Assembly: GCA_965140705.1 (NCBI GenBank)
Contig: OZ223300.1
Coordinates: forward strand, 1,568,001-1,632,000
Length of the DNA stretch: 64,000 bases
Direction: 5' to 3'
DNA from: an uncultured Arcobacter sp.
GTDB lineage: Bacteria > Campylobacterota > Campylobacteria > Campylobacterales > Arcobacteraceae
The notes beneath the pieces are model-generated. The model was not told the DNA's origin. It saw only the letters and a list, made by a program, of their open reading frames with translations, and ran no database searches. Positions 19,191 through 29,788 of this stretch are shown here, one piece after another. Both the position numbers and the translations under genes were made by a program. Position 1 is the first letter of the stretch, and each line of letters begins with the position of its first letter.

Positions 19191-21824
19191 TTATTTAAGG
19201 GGTATTTCAATAGTTACTTTAGTAAAAGTATTTTTATAGTTTTCAATATCTATTTTACCTTTTAAGTTTTGTGTTATGATTTTGTGTGTCATATATAATC
19301 CAAGACCCGTACCTTGTGATTTGTGTTTAGTCGTAAAATATGGTTCAAAAACTTTGTCTATAATTTTATTATCTATTCCTCCTGCATTATCTATTATTTC
19401 TATAACTGCAAGATTAATATCTTTTATATAAGTATTGATTTCAATATTTTTATTCTCAATATTATTCTCAATTAAGGCATCTTTTGCATTATTTAATATG
19501 TAAAGTAAAGATTGATTTAACTCATTTTCATTTGATATAATTTTTATATTACTGGTTAAATTATTAATCACTTTTATTTTATTTTCAAGAAAGTTATTAT
19601 TTAAGATATTTAAAGTTTGATTTATACATTCAGATAAATCAAACTTTTTAATAACTTTTTCTCCATTTAAATAATTCTGAAAATCATTAATTATTTTAGA
19701 TAAATATTGTGTTTTTTCTTCTATTTTATCTATTGTTTCAGAAAACATTTTTTCATCTAATTGATTATAGTCTTTTTGAATTTTTAATCCTGTGACTGCA
19801 GTAGAAATGAAACTAAGTGGTTGTCTCCATTGGTGTGCAATATTATTTAACATCTCACTTAAGCTTGCAATTTTTGATTGTTGTAATAAAAGTCTTTCTC
19901 TTTGTCTTATTTCAGTCATATCAATAATTGATAAGATAATTGTATTATTGTTTTCAAAAAGGATATTTTTAGATTTAAGCATAATTGGGAAACTTTTATT
20001 TTCAGAGTTTCTAGCATTTAATTCTATTGAGTTACTTCTTGATTTATTTATTAAAAAATCAATATCTTTATCTGAGATAAAGAGTTTTTCTATAGGAAAT
20101 TTCAGTAACTCTTCTTTTGTGTATTTAAACATATTAATGGCTTGATTATTTACAAAAATAATTTTATTATCTTTTAAAATAAAAATTCCATCGACTGTAA
20201 AATCAAGTAAACTTTTAAAACTTTCCAATGAAAGTTCAAGCTCTGATTTAATAATATTTAACTCTTTTTGATAAGTAGTTAATTGTCTATTTTTATATAT
20301 AATGATAAAAAATATAATTATTATTGGAATTAATATTTTCATCAAAAGTTCATAATCAAAAGGTTTAATTAACTTTAAATCAAGCCATTTATCATATATT
20401 TTCTCTTTTTCTTCTAGTTTTTGACTATCTAATGCTTTATTTATTATATCTTTTAAAATGACATAATCATCTCTTATCATTACTTGTAGATTGTAATCAA
20501 TATTTGTATCTCCTGATATTTTAAGATTATGTAAACTATTCATTTTAATATTATAAGCAAGTACAGGCATACTATCAACTGCTGCAAATGCTTTATTAGA
20601 GGAGACTAATTCTAGTCCTTGAGTTACATTATCAACAAAAACAAAATTTAAATAAGGATATTTTTCATGAAGTAATTTATAGGCAGTATAATTTCTTCCT
20701 ACTGCAATCTTTTTACCCTTTAAGGATTCAACATTTGGTATATAATTTTGATCTTTATTCGTAACAATTCCTATAGGAATTTTAAAATAGACTTTTGAAA
20801 AAATTCCATACTTTTCTCTATCTTTTGTTTTTGATGTAGTCACAATAACATCTTGGGTTTTATTTTTAATTTCATCTAAAGATTTGTAAAACTTGTCTTC
20901 AGTTTTATATTCAACTTTTAGATTTGTTTTTTTGACTATGTTATACCAGAAGTCAAAGCCTAATCCATAAGCTCTTCCATTATCAATAAAACTAATTGGT
21001 GCCCAATTAGTCGTAAAAGAGACTCTTATTATATGATTTTTTATAAACTCTTTTTCTTTTTTTGTTAAATATATTTGATCTTTATTTGATTCCCATTTAT
21101 TATTAAGATATTCAAGTTCATCAGGAGTAATGCTTTTTATTGCCTTATTTAATCTATCAACTAAATCTGGTCTATCTTTTCTTACTCCTAAATAAATATT
21201 CTCTTTATAACCTTTTATTTTAGGAATTATAGAAGCTTTTAGTGTATTTATATATTTAGTATTAATATAATATTTTGCTGTAAGGTTATATTGAACTGTA
21301 GCATCAATTTTTTGATTTTTTATATCTTCAAATATATCATCCAATGAATTATAATATCTAATGTTTATTTTTGAATAATTCTTTTCAATAAGGTTTGTAA
21401 TAGCCCAATTTTTAATCATACCAATTGTTTTATTATTTAATGATTTCATATCTTTTAGTTCGAGACTATTAGCATTAGTTACAATAGCTAATTTTTGTTT
21501 TAAAAATATATCTGTAAATAATAAGAAGTCTTCTCTATTTTTTTTATAAAAAACTCCAGTTAATACATCTATTTTTTTTGATTTTATTTTTTGAATATTT
21601 TTTGACCACTCATCAGGTAAAAATATAGGTGTAAAATTTCCTTTTTTTGCTAATAGGTTAATATAATCAAGAATATAACCCTTTGGTGTTTTATTATCGT
21701 AATAACTATAGGGAATCCAATTTAAATCAGAAGAGAAATATATATTATCTTTTTTAATATCTTTATCTATTGAATTTGCAAAAATATTAATAACAAAGAT
21801 AGAGACCAATAATAAATATTTCAT
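19191..21824 (-). CDS. Sensor histidine kinase with two periplasmic substrate-binding domains and PAS
   Basis: Signal peptide, two PBPb repeats (WIPYSY, WAPISF), [25 protein letters not shown]. Confidence 0.88.
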   Translation of the reverse strand: MKYLLLVSIFVINIFANSIDKDIKKDNIYFSSDLNWIPYSYYDNKTPKGYILDYINLLAKKGNFTPIFLPDEWSKNIQKIKSKKIDVLTGVFYKKNREDFLLFTDIFLKQKLAIVTNANSLELKDMKSLNNKTIGMIKNWAITNLIEKNYSKINIRYYNSLDDIFEDIKNQKIDATVQYNLTAKYYINTKYINTLKASIIPKIKGYKENIYLGVRKDRPDLVDRLNKAIKSITPDELEYLNNKWESNKDQIYLTKKEKEFIKNHIIRVSFTTNWAPISFIDNGRAYGLGFDFWYNIVKKTNLKVEYKTEDKFYKSLDEIKNKTQDVIVTTSKTKDREKYGIFSKVYFKIPIGIVTNKDQNYIPNVESLKGKKIAVGRNYTAYKLLHEKYPYLNFVFVDNVTQGLELVSSNKAFAAVDSMPVLAYNIKMNSLHNLKISGDTNIDYNLQVMIRDDYVILKDIINKALDSQKLEEKEKIYDKWLDLKLIKPFDYELLMKILIPIIIIFFIIIYKNRQLTTYQKELNIIKSELELSLESFKSLLDFTVDGIFILKDNKIIFVNNQAINMFKYTKEELLKFPIEKLFISDKDIDFLINKSRSNSIELNARNSENKSFPIMLKSKNILFENNNTIILSIIDMTEIRQRERLLLQQSKIASLSEMLNNIAHQWRQPLSFISTAVTGLKIQKDYNQLDEKMFSETIDKIEEKTQYLSKIINDFQNYLNGEKVIKKFDLSECINQTLNILNNNFLENKIKVINNLTSNIKIISNENELNQSLLYILNNAKDALIENNIENKNIEINTYIKDINLAVIEIIDNAGGIDNKIIDKVFEPYFTTKHKSQGTGLGLYMTHKIITQNLKGKIDIENYKNTFTKVTIEIPLK

Positions 21825-21878
21825 AATAAAGTCTTTTATTGATTTTTATTCTATTTATTGTAACAATAAAATATAAAA

Positions 21879-21907
21879 TAGAACTAAATAATTATTATTT
21901 AGTTCTA
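21879..21907. terminator. Perfect 14-bp inverted repeat downstream of dnaJ (terminator or operator)
   Basis: TAGAACTAAATAAT-t-ATTATTTAGTTCTA. Confidence 0.55.
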
Positions 21908-21934
21908 ATATTAAAGCAAGGAGAGTTCCTAACT

Positions 21935-23059
21935 TTATTTAAACCACTTTCTCACTTTATCAAACATACTTTCAAAGTTTGATTCATGAGGTTTACTTTC
22001 TATTCCAAAACTTTCTTGTAATTTTTCTAATAGTTCTTTTTGTTCTTCTGTAATACTCTTTGGATATTTTATTTTTACTTGTACTATTAAGTCACCTTTT
22101 CCATACCCTTGAACAGACTTAATTCCTTCACCTTTGAATTTGAATTGTTCTTTGTCTTTAGTACCCATTGGAATATCAAGTGATAATTTTCCTCTTAATC
22201 CAGGAATTGTAATATTATCACCAAGTGCAACTTGTGTAAAGAATAATGGAACTTCAATATAAATATCATCATCATGTCTTATAAAATGAGGATCTTCTTT
22301 TACATTAATTTGTAAATATAAATCTCCTCTTGTCCCATCAGGGGCTATATTCCCTTTATTTGATACTCTAATTCTATTTCCATCATTTACACCTTCTGGA
22401 ATATCAACACTAAATTTTTCTTCTTTTGTTTCATATCCAGTTCCAGAACATTTTTTACATTTTTTAGCTATTGATTCTCCTGTTCCATTACAAGTAGGAC
22501 ATGTTTGTGCAAATGTCATAAAACCTTGTCTTGTATGAACTTGCCCTTGACCAGCACATGTTTTACAAGTAGATAATTTACCATCTTCTGCACCGGTACC
22601 TTTACAAGCATTACAGGCAGTTTTATATTTATATACAACTTCTTTTTTGGCACCAAAAGCAGCTTCATTAAACTCAACTTTTAATTCAACACCAATATCT
22701 AAATTATAGTTATATGTTTTTCGCTGTCGTCTTCTTTGACTACCGCCAAAACCTGACTGACCAAACATCTCTTCAAAAATAGAACTAAGATCGTCAAAAC
22801 CACCACTAAATCCACCTCTACTTTGTCCATGTCCTTCTAAACCAGCTTTTCCATATCTATCATATAAAGCTCTTTTTTCTTCATCACTTAAAACTTGATA
22901 AGCTTCATTTATTGCTTTAAATCTCTCTTCTGCATCTTTATCATCAGGGTTTTTATCAGGATGGTATTTCATTGCCATTTGTCTATAAGCTTTTTTTATC
23001 GTACTTTTATCAGCGCTTTTTGTCACTTCTAATAATTCATAATAATCTATGTCTAACAA
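21935..23059 (-). CDS. dnaJ: Chaperone DnaJ
   Basis: HPD motif, G/F region, four CxxCxGxG repeats; start re-called at TTG 23059 after GAGGAG. Confidence 0.96.
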   Translation of the reverse strand: MLDIDYYELLEVTKSADKSTIKKAYRQMAMKYHPDKNPDDKDAEERFKAINEAYQVLSDEEKRALYDRYGKAGLEGHGQSRGGFSGGFDDLSSIFEEMFGQSGFGGSQRRRQRKTYNYNLDIGVELKVEFNEAAFGAKKEVVYKYKTACNACKGTGAEDGKLSTCKTCAGQGQVHTRQGFMTFAQTCPTCNGTGESIAKKCKKCSGTGYETKEEKFSVDIPEGVNDGNRIRVSNKGNIAPDGTRGDLYLQINVKEDPHFIRHDDDIYIEVPLFFTQVALGDNITIPGLRGKLSLDIPMGTKDKEQFKFKGEGIKSVQGYGKGDLIVQVKIKYPKSITEEQKELLEKLQESFGIESKPHESNFESMFDKVRKWFK

Positions 23060-23120
23060 AGTATTTCTCCTCAAATTATTTTAAAAACTTCGCGATTTTA
23101 TCTAATTAATTATAAATCTT

Positions 23121-23129
23121 TGATATAAT
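23121..23129 (+). promoter_or_regulatory. Extended -10 promoter of recR, probable leaderless transcript
   Basis: TG-A-TATAAT 6 nt upstream of ATG 23136; no Shine-Dalgarno. Confidence 0.65.
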
Positions 23130-23135
23130 CGCCAA

Positions 23136-23708
23136 ATGAAACTTGGATTAAATAAATTTTATGACTTAGTAGAGGCATTTGAAAACTTGCCAACAATTGG
23201 TAAAAAATCAGCACAAAGACTAGCTTATCATATTATTATGAATGATAATTATTGTGGGATTAAAATTGCACATAGTATTGAAAATGCTCTAAAGTCAATA
23301 AGAAAATGCTCGAAATGTGGGTGCATGAGTGAACATGAAATATGTGAAATTTGTTTAGATGATGAAAGAGAATCTAGTTTTATCTGTGTTGTTCAATCGG
23401 CAAAAGACATTTTTACAATTGAAGAATCAAAGCAATTTAATGGAAAATATTTTGTTATATCTCATTTAGATGAAATAGTATTAGACCAATTTATTACATA
23501 TATTAAAACAAATAAAGTTAAAGATATTCTTTTTGCAATATCTCCTTCATTATCCAATGATGCTTTTATTTTATTTATTGAAGATAAATTAAAAGAGTTT
23601 GATATAAATTTTACAAAAATAGCACAAGGTGTCCCTACCGGGGTTAGTTTAGAAAATGTTGATATCTTATCATTAGCAAAAGCAATTCAAAGTAAAGTGT
23701 TGATTTAA
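23136..23708 (+). CDS. recR: Recombination mediator RecR
   Basis: LPTIGKKSAQRLA HhH, C4 zinc finger, Toprim region, IAQGVPTG. Confidence 0.95.
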   Translation: MKLGLNKFYDLVEAFENLPTIGKKSAQRLAYHIIMNDNYCGIKIAHSIENALKSIRKCSKCGCMSEHEICEICLDDERESSFICVVQSAKDIFTIEESKQFNGKYFVISHLDEIVLDQFITYIKTNKVKDILFAISPSLSNDAFILFIEDKLKEFDINFTKIAQGVPTGVSLENVDILSLAKAIQSKVLI

Positions 23709-23709
23709 A

Positions 23710-23886
23710 ATGGAAGAACGAATTATTTGTCAAAAATGTGTATACTATTATGTTACATGGCAAGGTGGTAGAGCACATGGTTGTAAAGCATATGGCTTTA
23801 AATCTCAAACTTTACCAAGTGTAGTAGTAAAAAATTCTAGTAGATTAGACTGTAAATTTTATCAAAAAAAACCAAATACTAAATAG
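23710..23886 (+). CDS. Small Cys-rich protein, 58 aa (not in the ORF track)
   Basis: MEERIICQKCVYYYVTWQGGRAHGCKAYGFKSQTLPSVVVKNSSRLDCKFYQKKPNTK; fills the gap between recR and the kinase exactly. Confidence 0.8.
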   Translation: MEERIICQKCVYYYVTWQGGRAHGCKAYGFKSQTLPSVVVKNSSRLDCKFYQKKPNTK

Positions 23887-23895
23887 GAAGTTTTA

Positions 23896-25350
23896 TTGTC
23901 ATTTAAAGAACATATCTCACATTTAGAGATAAATAAAATAAAGATTTTTAGACATATACTTGCTAATGAAGAAATTTCAAAGACTCTTAATAACTATGGA
24001 ATTGATGTTGATGATTTTATAAAAAATTTTTTATCTAAAACTTTTGAAAATATTATTTTTAATCTAAAAGATGAAAATAACAATAATCTCTCTTTCCTTT
24101 CTAATTTTAAATTTACTAAAAGTGATTATTTTTTAGTATTAAGAAGTTTTAAAAACTCCATATATATACATATGAAAAATAAAAAACTTGATGATTATAT
24201 TTTTAGAAAAAAAATAGATGAAATATTCGATTTTTTATATATTTATTTACTTAAAGATGATGATAAAACTAAGAGGGTAGAGGTAGTAAAAGTAGAAGAT
24301 AATCAAAGAATAGATTACTTGTTATCCCTTTTAGATGAAAACCTTCCTTTGATTGATATTTCATTTGATGGAAAAGTATTAAATTCAAGTAAAAGCTTTG
24401 ATGAGCTCTTTTTATTAGATAAGAAGAAAAATTTAGATTTTAATATTCTAGATTTAATTATATATAAAAAGAATGCACAAGCATTTTTAAAAGAGATTTT
24501 AGGAACTGATACTTTTAGCACTGAAATAGAAGTACAAAGATTTGATAAAACAGTTTTTTGGGTAAATATAAAATCTGAAAAAAAAGAAGATACAATTACA
24601 CTTATTTTTAAAGATATAACTTACAAGAAAAACTTAGAAAAACAAAAGAAAGCCTTTTTGGATCAATCAAAAACAGCAGCTATGGGTGAACTAATCGCTA
24701 TGATAGCCCATCAATGGAGACAACCACTACAAACAGTTTCCATATTGGCACAAAAATTGATTCTAACAAAAGCAACAGAAGGTCAGGTTGAGTATGAAAT
24801 ATTGGAAAAATCAGTTAATGATATAAATCAACAAGTATCTTATATGTCAAAAACAATTGATGATTTTAGAAACTTCTTTAAACCAGAAAGTAGTAGTATC
24901 ATTTCAAAACCTAGTGCTATTATAGAAAAGGCAATAAGATTCTTACATTATATATTAACTATTAATAATATTGATTTTGAATTAGATATAAAAAAAGATT
25001 ATGAAGTTAATATACTTGAAAATAATCTAATTCAAGTAATAATTAATATTATTAAGAATTCTATTGATGTACTTTTAGAAAGAGATATACCGTCAAAAAA
25101 AATAACAATTAGATGTGATTTTAACGAAAATTATGTAATAATTGAAATCGAAGATAATGCAGGCGGAATACCTGAAGAAAATCTAAAAAAAGTTTTTGAT
25201 TCATATTTTACAACTAAAAATGATGATAAAGGTACCGGTCTTGGATTATATATGAGTAAAATTATTATTGAAGATCATAGCTTAGGAAAACTAAGTGTTA
25301 CTAATGGTACAGATGGGGCATTATTTAAAATTGAATTACCAAAGGAATAG
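23896..25350 (+). CDS. Cytoplasmic PAS sensor histidine kinase
   Basis: No TM segment; PAS-like region, [23 protein letters not shown] start. Confidence 0.87.
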   Translation: MSFKEHISHLEINKIKIFRHILANEEISKTLNNYGIDVDDFIKNFLSKTFENIIFNLKDENNNNLSFLSNFKFTKSDYFLVLRSFKNSIYIHMKNKKLDDYIFRKKIDEIFDFLYIYLLKDDDKTKRVEVVKVEDNQRIDYLLSLLDENLPLIDISFDGKVLNSSKSFDELFLLDKKKNLDFNILDLIIYKKNAQAFLKEILGTDTFSTEIEVQRFDKTVFWVNIKSEKKEDTITLIFKDITYKKNLEKQKKAFLDQSKTAAMGELIAMIAHQWRQPLQTVSILAQKLILTKATEGQVEYEILEKSVNDINQQVSYMSKTIDDFRNFFKPESSSIISKPSAIIEKAIRFLHYILTINNIDFELDIKKDYEVNILENNLIQVIINIIKNSIDVLLERDIPSKKITIRCDFNENYVIIEIEDNAGGIPEENLKKVFDSYFTTKNDDKGTGLGLYMSKIIIEDHSLGKLSVTNGTDGALFKIELPKE

Positions 25351-25359
25351 GAGTTAATA

Positions 25360-26280
25360 TTGTTATATGAGGATTTAAAAATTGCTACAAAATCTTTAGG
25401 GTTTTATACTATTGAAGATTTTGCAAAATATATAGGTGTTACAACATCAGAAATTTTAAAATGGGAAGAAAAAGATGAAGTACCTTATACTATCTCTTTT
25501 ATTGTTCATTTATTAAAAGGTGAAGAAAAACTACCAGAAAATAGTAGTTTAGATACTTTGATAGAAGAGTGTTTACCACTTGCAACACTATTAGAAGAAG
25601 CATCTAGTTTTCCACATAAATTAGAAGAGATGTTTTTATTACAAAAAGAGTTAAATGATTCTACAAATGGTAAAAACTGGGAATTAGGAACTAATAAATT
25701 TGGTAAAGAGATTAATTGGTTAAGATGTATTCATATGGAAGTTTCTGAATTAATTGAATCAACTCCTTGGAAGCACTGGAAAAATATCAATGCAGCACCT
25801 GATATGAATAATATTCATGTAGAGCTAGTAGATATTTGGCATTTTTTGATGTCTTATATCTTGCAAGAAACAAATATTCCAAAAGCAGTATCATTGGTAA
25901 ATACACATTGTATTTATGAAGCAAATAGTGAAGTAGATGTAAAACTTATGGTAAAAGAATCTGAAAAACTTTCTTATATCTCTTTAGCTATTCAAACTGG
26001 TAATATGCCATCTTTTTCTGGAATTGAGAGATTTATCGATCAATATTTTAGATGTTGTAAAATCTCTGGATTATCATTTACTTGGTTACAAAAACTTTAT
26101 ATTGGTAAAAACTGTTTAAATAAATTTAGACAAGACAATGGTTATAAAGAAGGAACATATATCAAAGAATGGAATGGGAAAGAAGATAATGTAGTTATGG
26201 TATCAATATTAGAAGAGTATGAAAATATTGATTTTAACCTTTTATATACAAAACTAACAGAAGCTTATTCAAAACTGTAA
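25360..26280 (+). CDS. dut: Dimeric (all-alpha) dUTPase with N-terminal HTH-like extension
   Basis: ELIESTPWKHWK, VELVDIWHF, KNCLNKFRQDNGYKEGTY, as in Campylobacter-type dUTPase; N-terminal XRE-like segment. Confidence 0.88.
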   Translation: MLYEDLKIATKSLGFYTIEDFAKYIGVTTSEILKWEEKDEVPYTISFIVHLLKGEEKLPENSSLDTLIEECLPLATLLEEASSFPHKLEEMFLLQKELNDSTNGKNWELGTNKFGKEINWLRCIHMEVSELIESTPWKHWKNINAAPDMNNIHVELVDIWHFLMSYILQETNIPKAVSLVNTHCIYEANSEVDVKLMVKESEKLSYISLAIQTGNMPSFSGIERFIDQYFRCCKISGLSFTWLQKLYIGKNCLNKFRQDNGYKEGTYIKEWNGKEDNVVMVSILEEYENIDFNLLYTKLTEAYSKL

Positions 26281-26300
26281 AGAGATTTTCTCTTTACAGT
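26274..26300. terminator. 12-bp stem hairpin at the end of dut
   Basis: ACTGTAAAGAGA-ttt-TCTCTTTACAGT; a T-run follows only on the minus strand. Confidence 0.6.
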
Positions 26301-26312
26301 AAAAAGTAAATA

Positions 26313-27002
26313 ATGATTAAATCAAAAGAATTTAAAACAGCCCTTAAAGTATCAATTCCTGTTATGATGGGATATTGTGTACTTGGTTTTGCCTTTGGCT
26401 TATTAATTACTAGTTTAGATTATCCTTGGTATTTTGCACTTTTAATGTCCGTATTTATTTATGCAGGGGCATTACAATTTTTAGCCATTGGTTTTTTTAG
26501 TTCAAAACTTGGCTTGCTTGATATTTTTATTACTTCTATATTTGTAAATATAAGACAATCTTTTTATGGCTTATCAATGCTTAAAAAGTTTAAAAAATCT
26601 GGAAAGCTCAAACCTTATTTAATTTTTGGACTTACCGATGAAACTTACGCCTTACTTACTAGTATAAAAGATGATGAACAATTAAAGAAAAAATATTATT
26701 ACTTTTATTTGTGTGGTCTTAATCAATCTTATTGGGTAATAGGGACACTTTTAGGAGCTATTTTTGGAACAAATATATCTTTTGACACAAAAGGTTTAGA
26801 CTTTTCATTAACAGCACTATTTGTTATATTAGCAATTGAGCAATATAAAACAAATAAAAATATTACACCTTTTGTAATTGGAGCTGTTACTTCTATTTTG
26901 GCAATTATTCTAGTACCAATAAATAATATGCTTATATTTGCTATTGTTTGTTCTTTATTAGGAATGTTTATTCTTAGAAAAAGGCTAAATAATGACTCAT
27001 AA
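26313..27002 (+). CDS. azlC: AzlC family branched-chain amino acid exporter permease
   Basis: YAGALQF, NIRQSFYG, LTDETYA and YWVIGT motifs. Confidence 0.9.
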   Translation: MIKSKEFKTALKVSIPVMMGYCVLGFAFGLLITSLDYPWYFALLMSVFIYAGALQFLAIGFFSSKLGLLDIFITSIFVNIRQSFYGLSMLKKFKKSGKLKPYLIFGLTDETYALLTSIKDDEQLKKKYYYFYLCGLNQSYWVIGTLLGAIFGTNISFDTKGLDFSLTALFVILAIEQYKTNKNITPFVIGAVTSILAIILVPINNMLIFAIVCSLLGMFILRKRLNNDS

Positions 27003-27318
27003 TGAAATATATTTAGCAATAGCAGTAATGGCAATAGCAAACTATATTACAAGAGTATTCCCTTTTCTGTTTTTTGTAAAACATGAACCACCAGCTTGGG
27101 TTGTATTTATTGAGAAAAACTTTCCTCCAATTATTATGACTATATTAATATTTTATACACTAACAAGCATAGATTTTAAAGCTGCTCCCTATGGACTAAA
27201 AGAATTTCTAGCTATAGGATTTACAGTATTTTTACATCTAAAATTTAATAATTATTTAGTATCAATTATATTAGGGACTCTTTTTTATATGGGACTTGTG
27301 CAGTTTCTTGCCTTTTAA
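26992..27318 (+). CDS. azlD: AzlD family small subunit
   Basis: ITRVFPF motif, hydrophobic, overlaps azlC. Confidence 0.85.
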   Translation: MTHNEIYLAIAVMAIANYITRVFPFLFFVKHEPPAWVVFIEKNFPPIIMTILIFYTLTSIDFKAAPYGLKEFLAIGFTVFLHLKFNNYLVSIILGTLFYMGLVQFLAF

Positions 27319-28547
27319 GGTACTAATAAAACTGCACTATTGCACAAATCATCACTTTCAAATTTTGTAATATCTCCAGCTTTTAATCCTGGAACTGGAA
27401 ATAATCTTACAGTTAGTGGTTTATTTAATCTAAAAGCCATAGTACCAGTATCCCTACAAATATCAGCAATCTTTTCAATGCTAGTATCACCAACAATTGG
27501 AACAGTATCAAGTCCAATTCCACAAACAGAAGAGTATGTAAGAAGTGAACGTATTTCAAATTCATTGTTTTTTGTAGCAAGGGCTAACCCTTCATCTTCT
27601 ACAACTGCTAACATAAGTCCAGAGAAACCTATAAGTTCACAGCCTTTTTGAGACTTGAATACTTTTGTTAAAAGTGCTGATGCTTCAATCGTACCAGAAG
27701 CTCCGAAGTAGGGCACACCAAGAAGTTTATAAACATCTACCATCGAAGAGCAGTTTTTAGAAGGTGCTGCTGATGTATCAATTCCTGCAAATTTTCTTTT
27801 AAACTTGTGTTTAAAACTGTTTACTATATTTAAAACATCATTTATATGGTATTGTAAAGAGTTACTCATAATCTCATAGGAAGCTTTCCATTTTATATTA
27901 TGGTCTTTTTCTTCAGGCAGACTTTTTAAAGCCTCCACAAGTAAATCAGGAGTTTCTAATCCTAATGCAAAACAATCTTCATCACTACTATTATGATATG
28001 AAGCTGGGAAGTAGGGAATTAATGGTTTACAATTATAGTTAATAGTAAAGTTAAAATTACCCTCACCATTTGGTGTTATTTTAGATATTTCTTTAATTAC
28101 TTTTGCACATTCTAAGGTTTTAGAGGCATTTGGAACTCCCAATTCATCAACTTCTACATTAACACATACATTACACAAATCTCCAAATTTTTGTACTAAT
28201 ATTGGTAACATTTCTATTTCTTCTGAAGTTTTTGCTTCACCTATGGCAAATCGTATTCTAATATCTGGCATAGAATCACTCTTTAGTAAATCAGATAAAT
28301 ATTGCATGTCTTTTATGGCATTTTCTAAAGTTGATGTATCAAGATACTCTCCAAAAGCATTGGTAACTATTCTTATACTTTGAACTGTGTATCCATTTTG
28401 ATTAAACTCTTTTGATAAATCTCCACCAAACAAAGAAGCTTCTTTGATTTTATCTTCCCAAGTGGATTTGTCTTTTGTAAGAGTTAAAAAAGAAGTAATA
28501 GTTCTTATTTTGCATAAGTCTTTGTTTTTTAAATTTTTACTTATCAT
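27315..28547 (-). CDS. DUF711 family protein
   Basis: IRTIT N-terminus, YFPASY, GIDTSAAP, GFSGLML.V.ED, SVCGIGLDTVPI, KPLTVRLFP. Confidence 0.8.
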   Translation of the reverse strand: MISKNLKNKDLCKIRTITSFLTLTKDKSTWEDKIKEASLFGGDLSKEFNQNGYTVQSIRIVTNAFGEYLDTSTLENAIKDMQYLSDLLKSDSMPDIRIRFAIGEAKTSEEIEMLPILVQKFGDLCNVCVNVEVDELGVPNASKTLECAKVIKEISKITPNGEGNFNFTINYNCKPLIPYFPASYHNSSDEDCFALGLETPDLLVEALKSLPEEKDHNIKWKASYEIMSNSLQYHINDVLNIVNSFKHKFKRKFAGIDTSAAPSKNCSSMVDVYKLLGVPYFGASGTIEASALLTKVFKSQKGCELIGFSGLMLAVVEDEGLALATKNNEFEIRSLLTYSSVCGIGLDTVPIVGDTSIEKIADICRDTGTMAFRLNKPLTVRLFPVPGLKAGDITKFESDDLCNSAVLLVP

Positions 28548-29113
28548 TATTTTCCCAAAACTCTTTTTGAAGTATTAAAGACCATCTCATAGTATCTATT
28601 ATTGTTAAATTCAAACTCTTGAATAACATCAAGTCCTAATTTTCTTTTATGGGCTGCATAAGAACGCTCATTGATTACATTTACAAAAGTTACTAAAATA
28701 GGGTATCTTTTAGACATAGATTCTAAGGCAAAATCAAAAAGCTTTTCAAGTAATCCACTTCCTCTTACACTTTTATCAATACAAACAGGTCCATATTGGT
28801 AAGAATTATCCACTGTTAAAGTTTGTCCTAAATAGTTAAGTTTTGGTAAGTCTTTTATCATATGAACAAACATTGGCCATTTTGACCAAAACTGCCAAGA
28901 AGCTGACATAACATATCCTAAAACTCTATCTTCTTCAACTGCTATAAATATTCCTTGTTCTTCTTCAATAATTGCTGTAAGTTCTTCTTTTGAAAATCCT
29001 GTAGTTACAAATCCATCTTTTTTATCTTCTTCAGCTATAGTTGCTAATTGGTATTTTGCATGTAGTTTTAATATATTATCTATATCTTTAAGTTCTGCGA
29101 TTTTTAATTGCAT
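28547..29113 (-). CDS. GNAT family N-acetyltransferase
   Basis: YGPVCIDKSVRGSG acetyl-CoA motif, NERSYAAH; start re-called at ATG 29113 after GGAG. Confidence 0.85.
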   Translation of the reverse strand: MQLKIAELKDIDNILKLHAKYQLATIAEEDKKDGFVTTGFSKEELTAIIEEEQGIFIAVEEDRVLGYVMSASWQFWSKWPMFVHMIKDLPKLNYLGQTLTVDNSYQYGPVCIDKSVRGSGLLEKLFDFALESMSKRYPILVTFVNVINERSYAAHKRKLGLDVIQEFEFNNNRYYEMVFNTSKRVLGK

Positions 29114-29140
29114 TTTTTTCTCCGTAAAATTAATAGTGAA

Positions 29141-29182
29141 AGTATACAATCAAAAAAAAATATTTTCATTAACCTATGTTAA
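29141..29182 (-). promoter_or_regulatory. Class II Crp/Fnr-type promoter for GNAT-DUF711
   Basis: Palindrome TTAAC-CTAT-GTTAA at 29169-29182 and -10 TATACT at 29141-29146 put the site centre at about -41.5. Confidence 0.7.
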
Positions 29183-29772
29183 TTTTTCATCTCTTTTCTA
29201 ATTCTTGATAAAGCAACATCTGTAATACCCAAATAAGAAGCAATGTGATAGTTTGGAACAGCATCTTCAATCATAGAATAATCATTCAAAAACTTTTCAT
29301 AACGCTCTCTTGCACTTAAAAGTAGAAAATCAGCCTCACGTCTCTCTTTTTTGATTACAAGATTTTCGTATATTCTTAAAAGTAAATCATTCCATTGTTT
29401 ATATTGCATACCTAAGTCTAAAAGCTTTTTATAGGGGATGTGTAAAGTTATAAAGTCACTAAGAACTTCCACACTAAAAGGGGAGGGGATTCCTTGTGAT
29501 ACTGAAGAAATACTACTTAATAGATGTCCTTGTTTTTCTGCAAAAGATTTGTTAAACTCTTTACCATCTTCTGTTAGATAATAATATCTAGCTAATCCAG
29601 CAATAAGAAAATAAAAATCATCAATATGATCACCTATATAAAAAAGATGATCACCTTTTTTTAGTTTTTTAGTTTTAAAATATTTTTTTGATATTTCCCA
29701 ATTTTCAGGTGATAAAGGAGATATATTATTTAATATTGGGTATAAAATATCAAATTGTTCATTTATATTCAT
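29179..29772 (-). CDS. Crp/Fnr family transcriptional regulator
   Basis: cNMP-binding fold (GLARYYY..DGKE) and HTH IASYLGITDVALSRIR; start re-called at ATG 29772. Confidence 0.9.
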   Translation of the reverse strand: MNINEQFDILYPILNNISPLSPENWEISKKYFKTKKLKKGDHLFYIGDHIDDFYFLIAGLARYYYLTEDGKEFNKSFAEKQGHLLSSISSVSQGIPSPFSVEVLSDFITLHIPYKKLLDLGMQYKQWNDLLLRIYENLVIKKERREADFLLLSARERYEKFLNDYSMIEDAVPNYHIASYLGITDVALSRIRKEMKN

Positions 29773-29788
29773 TTTATGTAAGTCTTCT

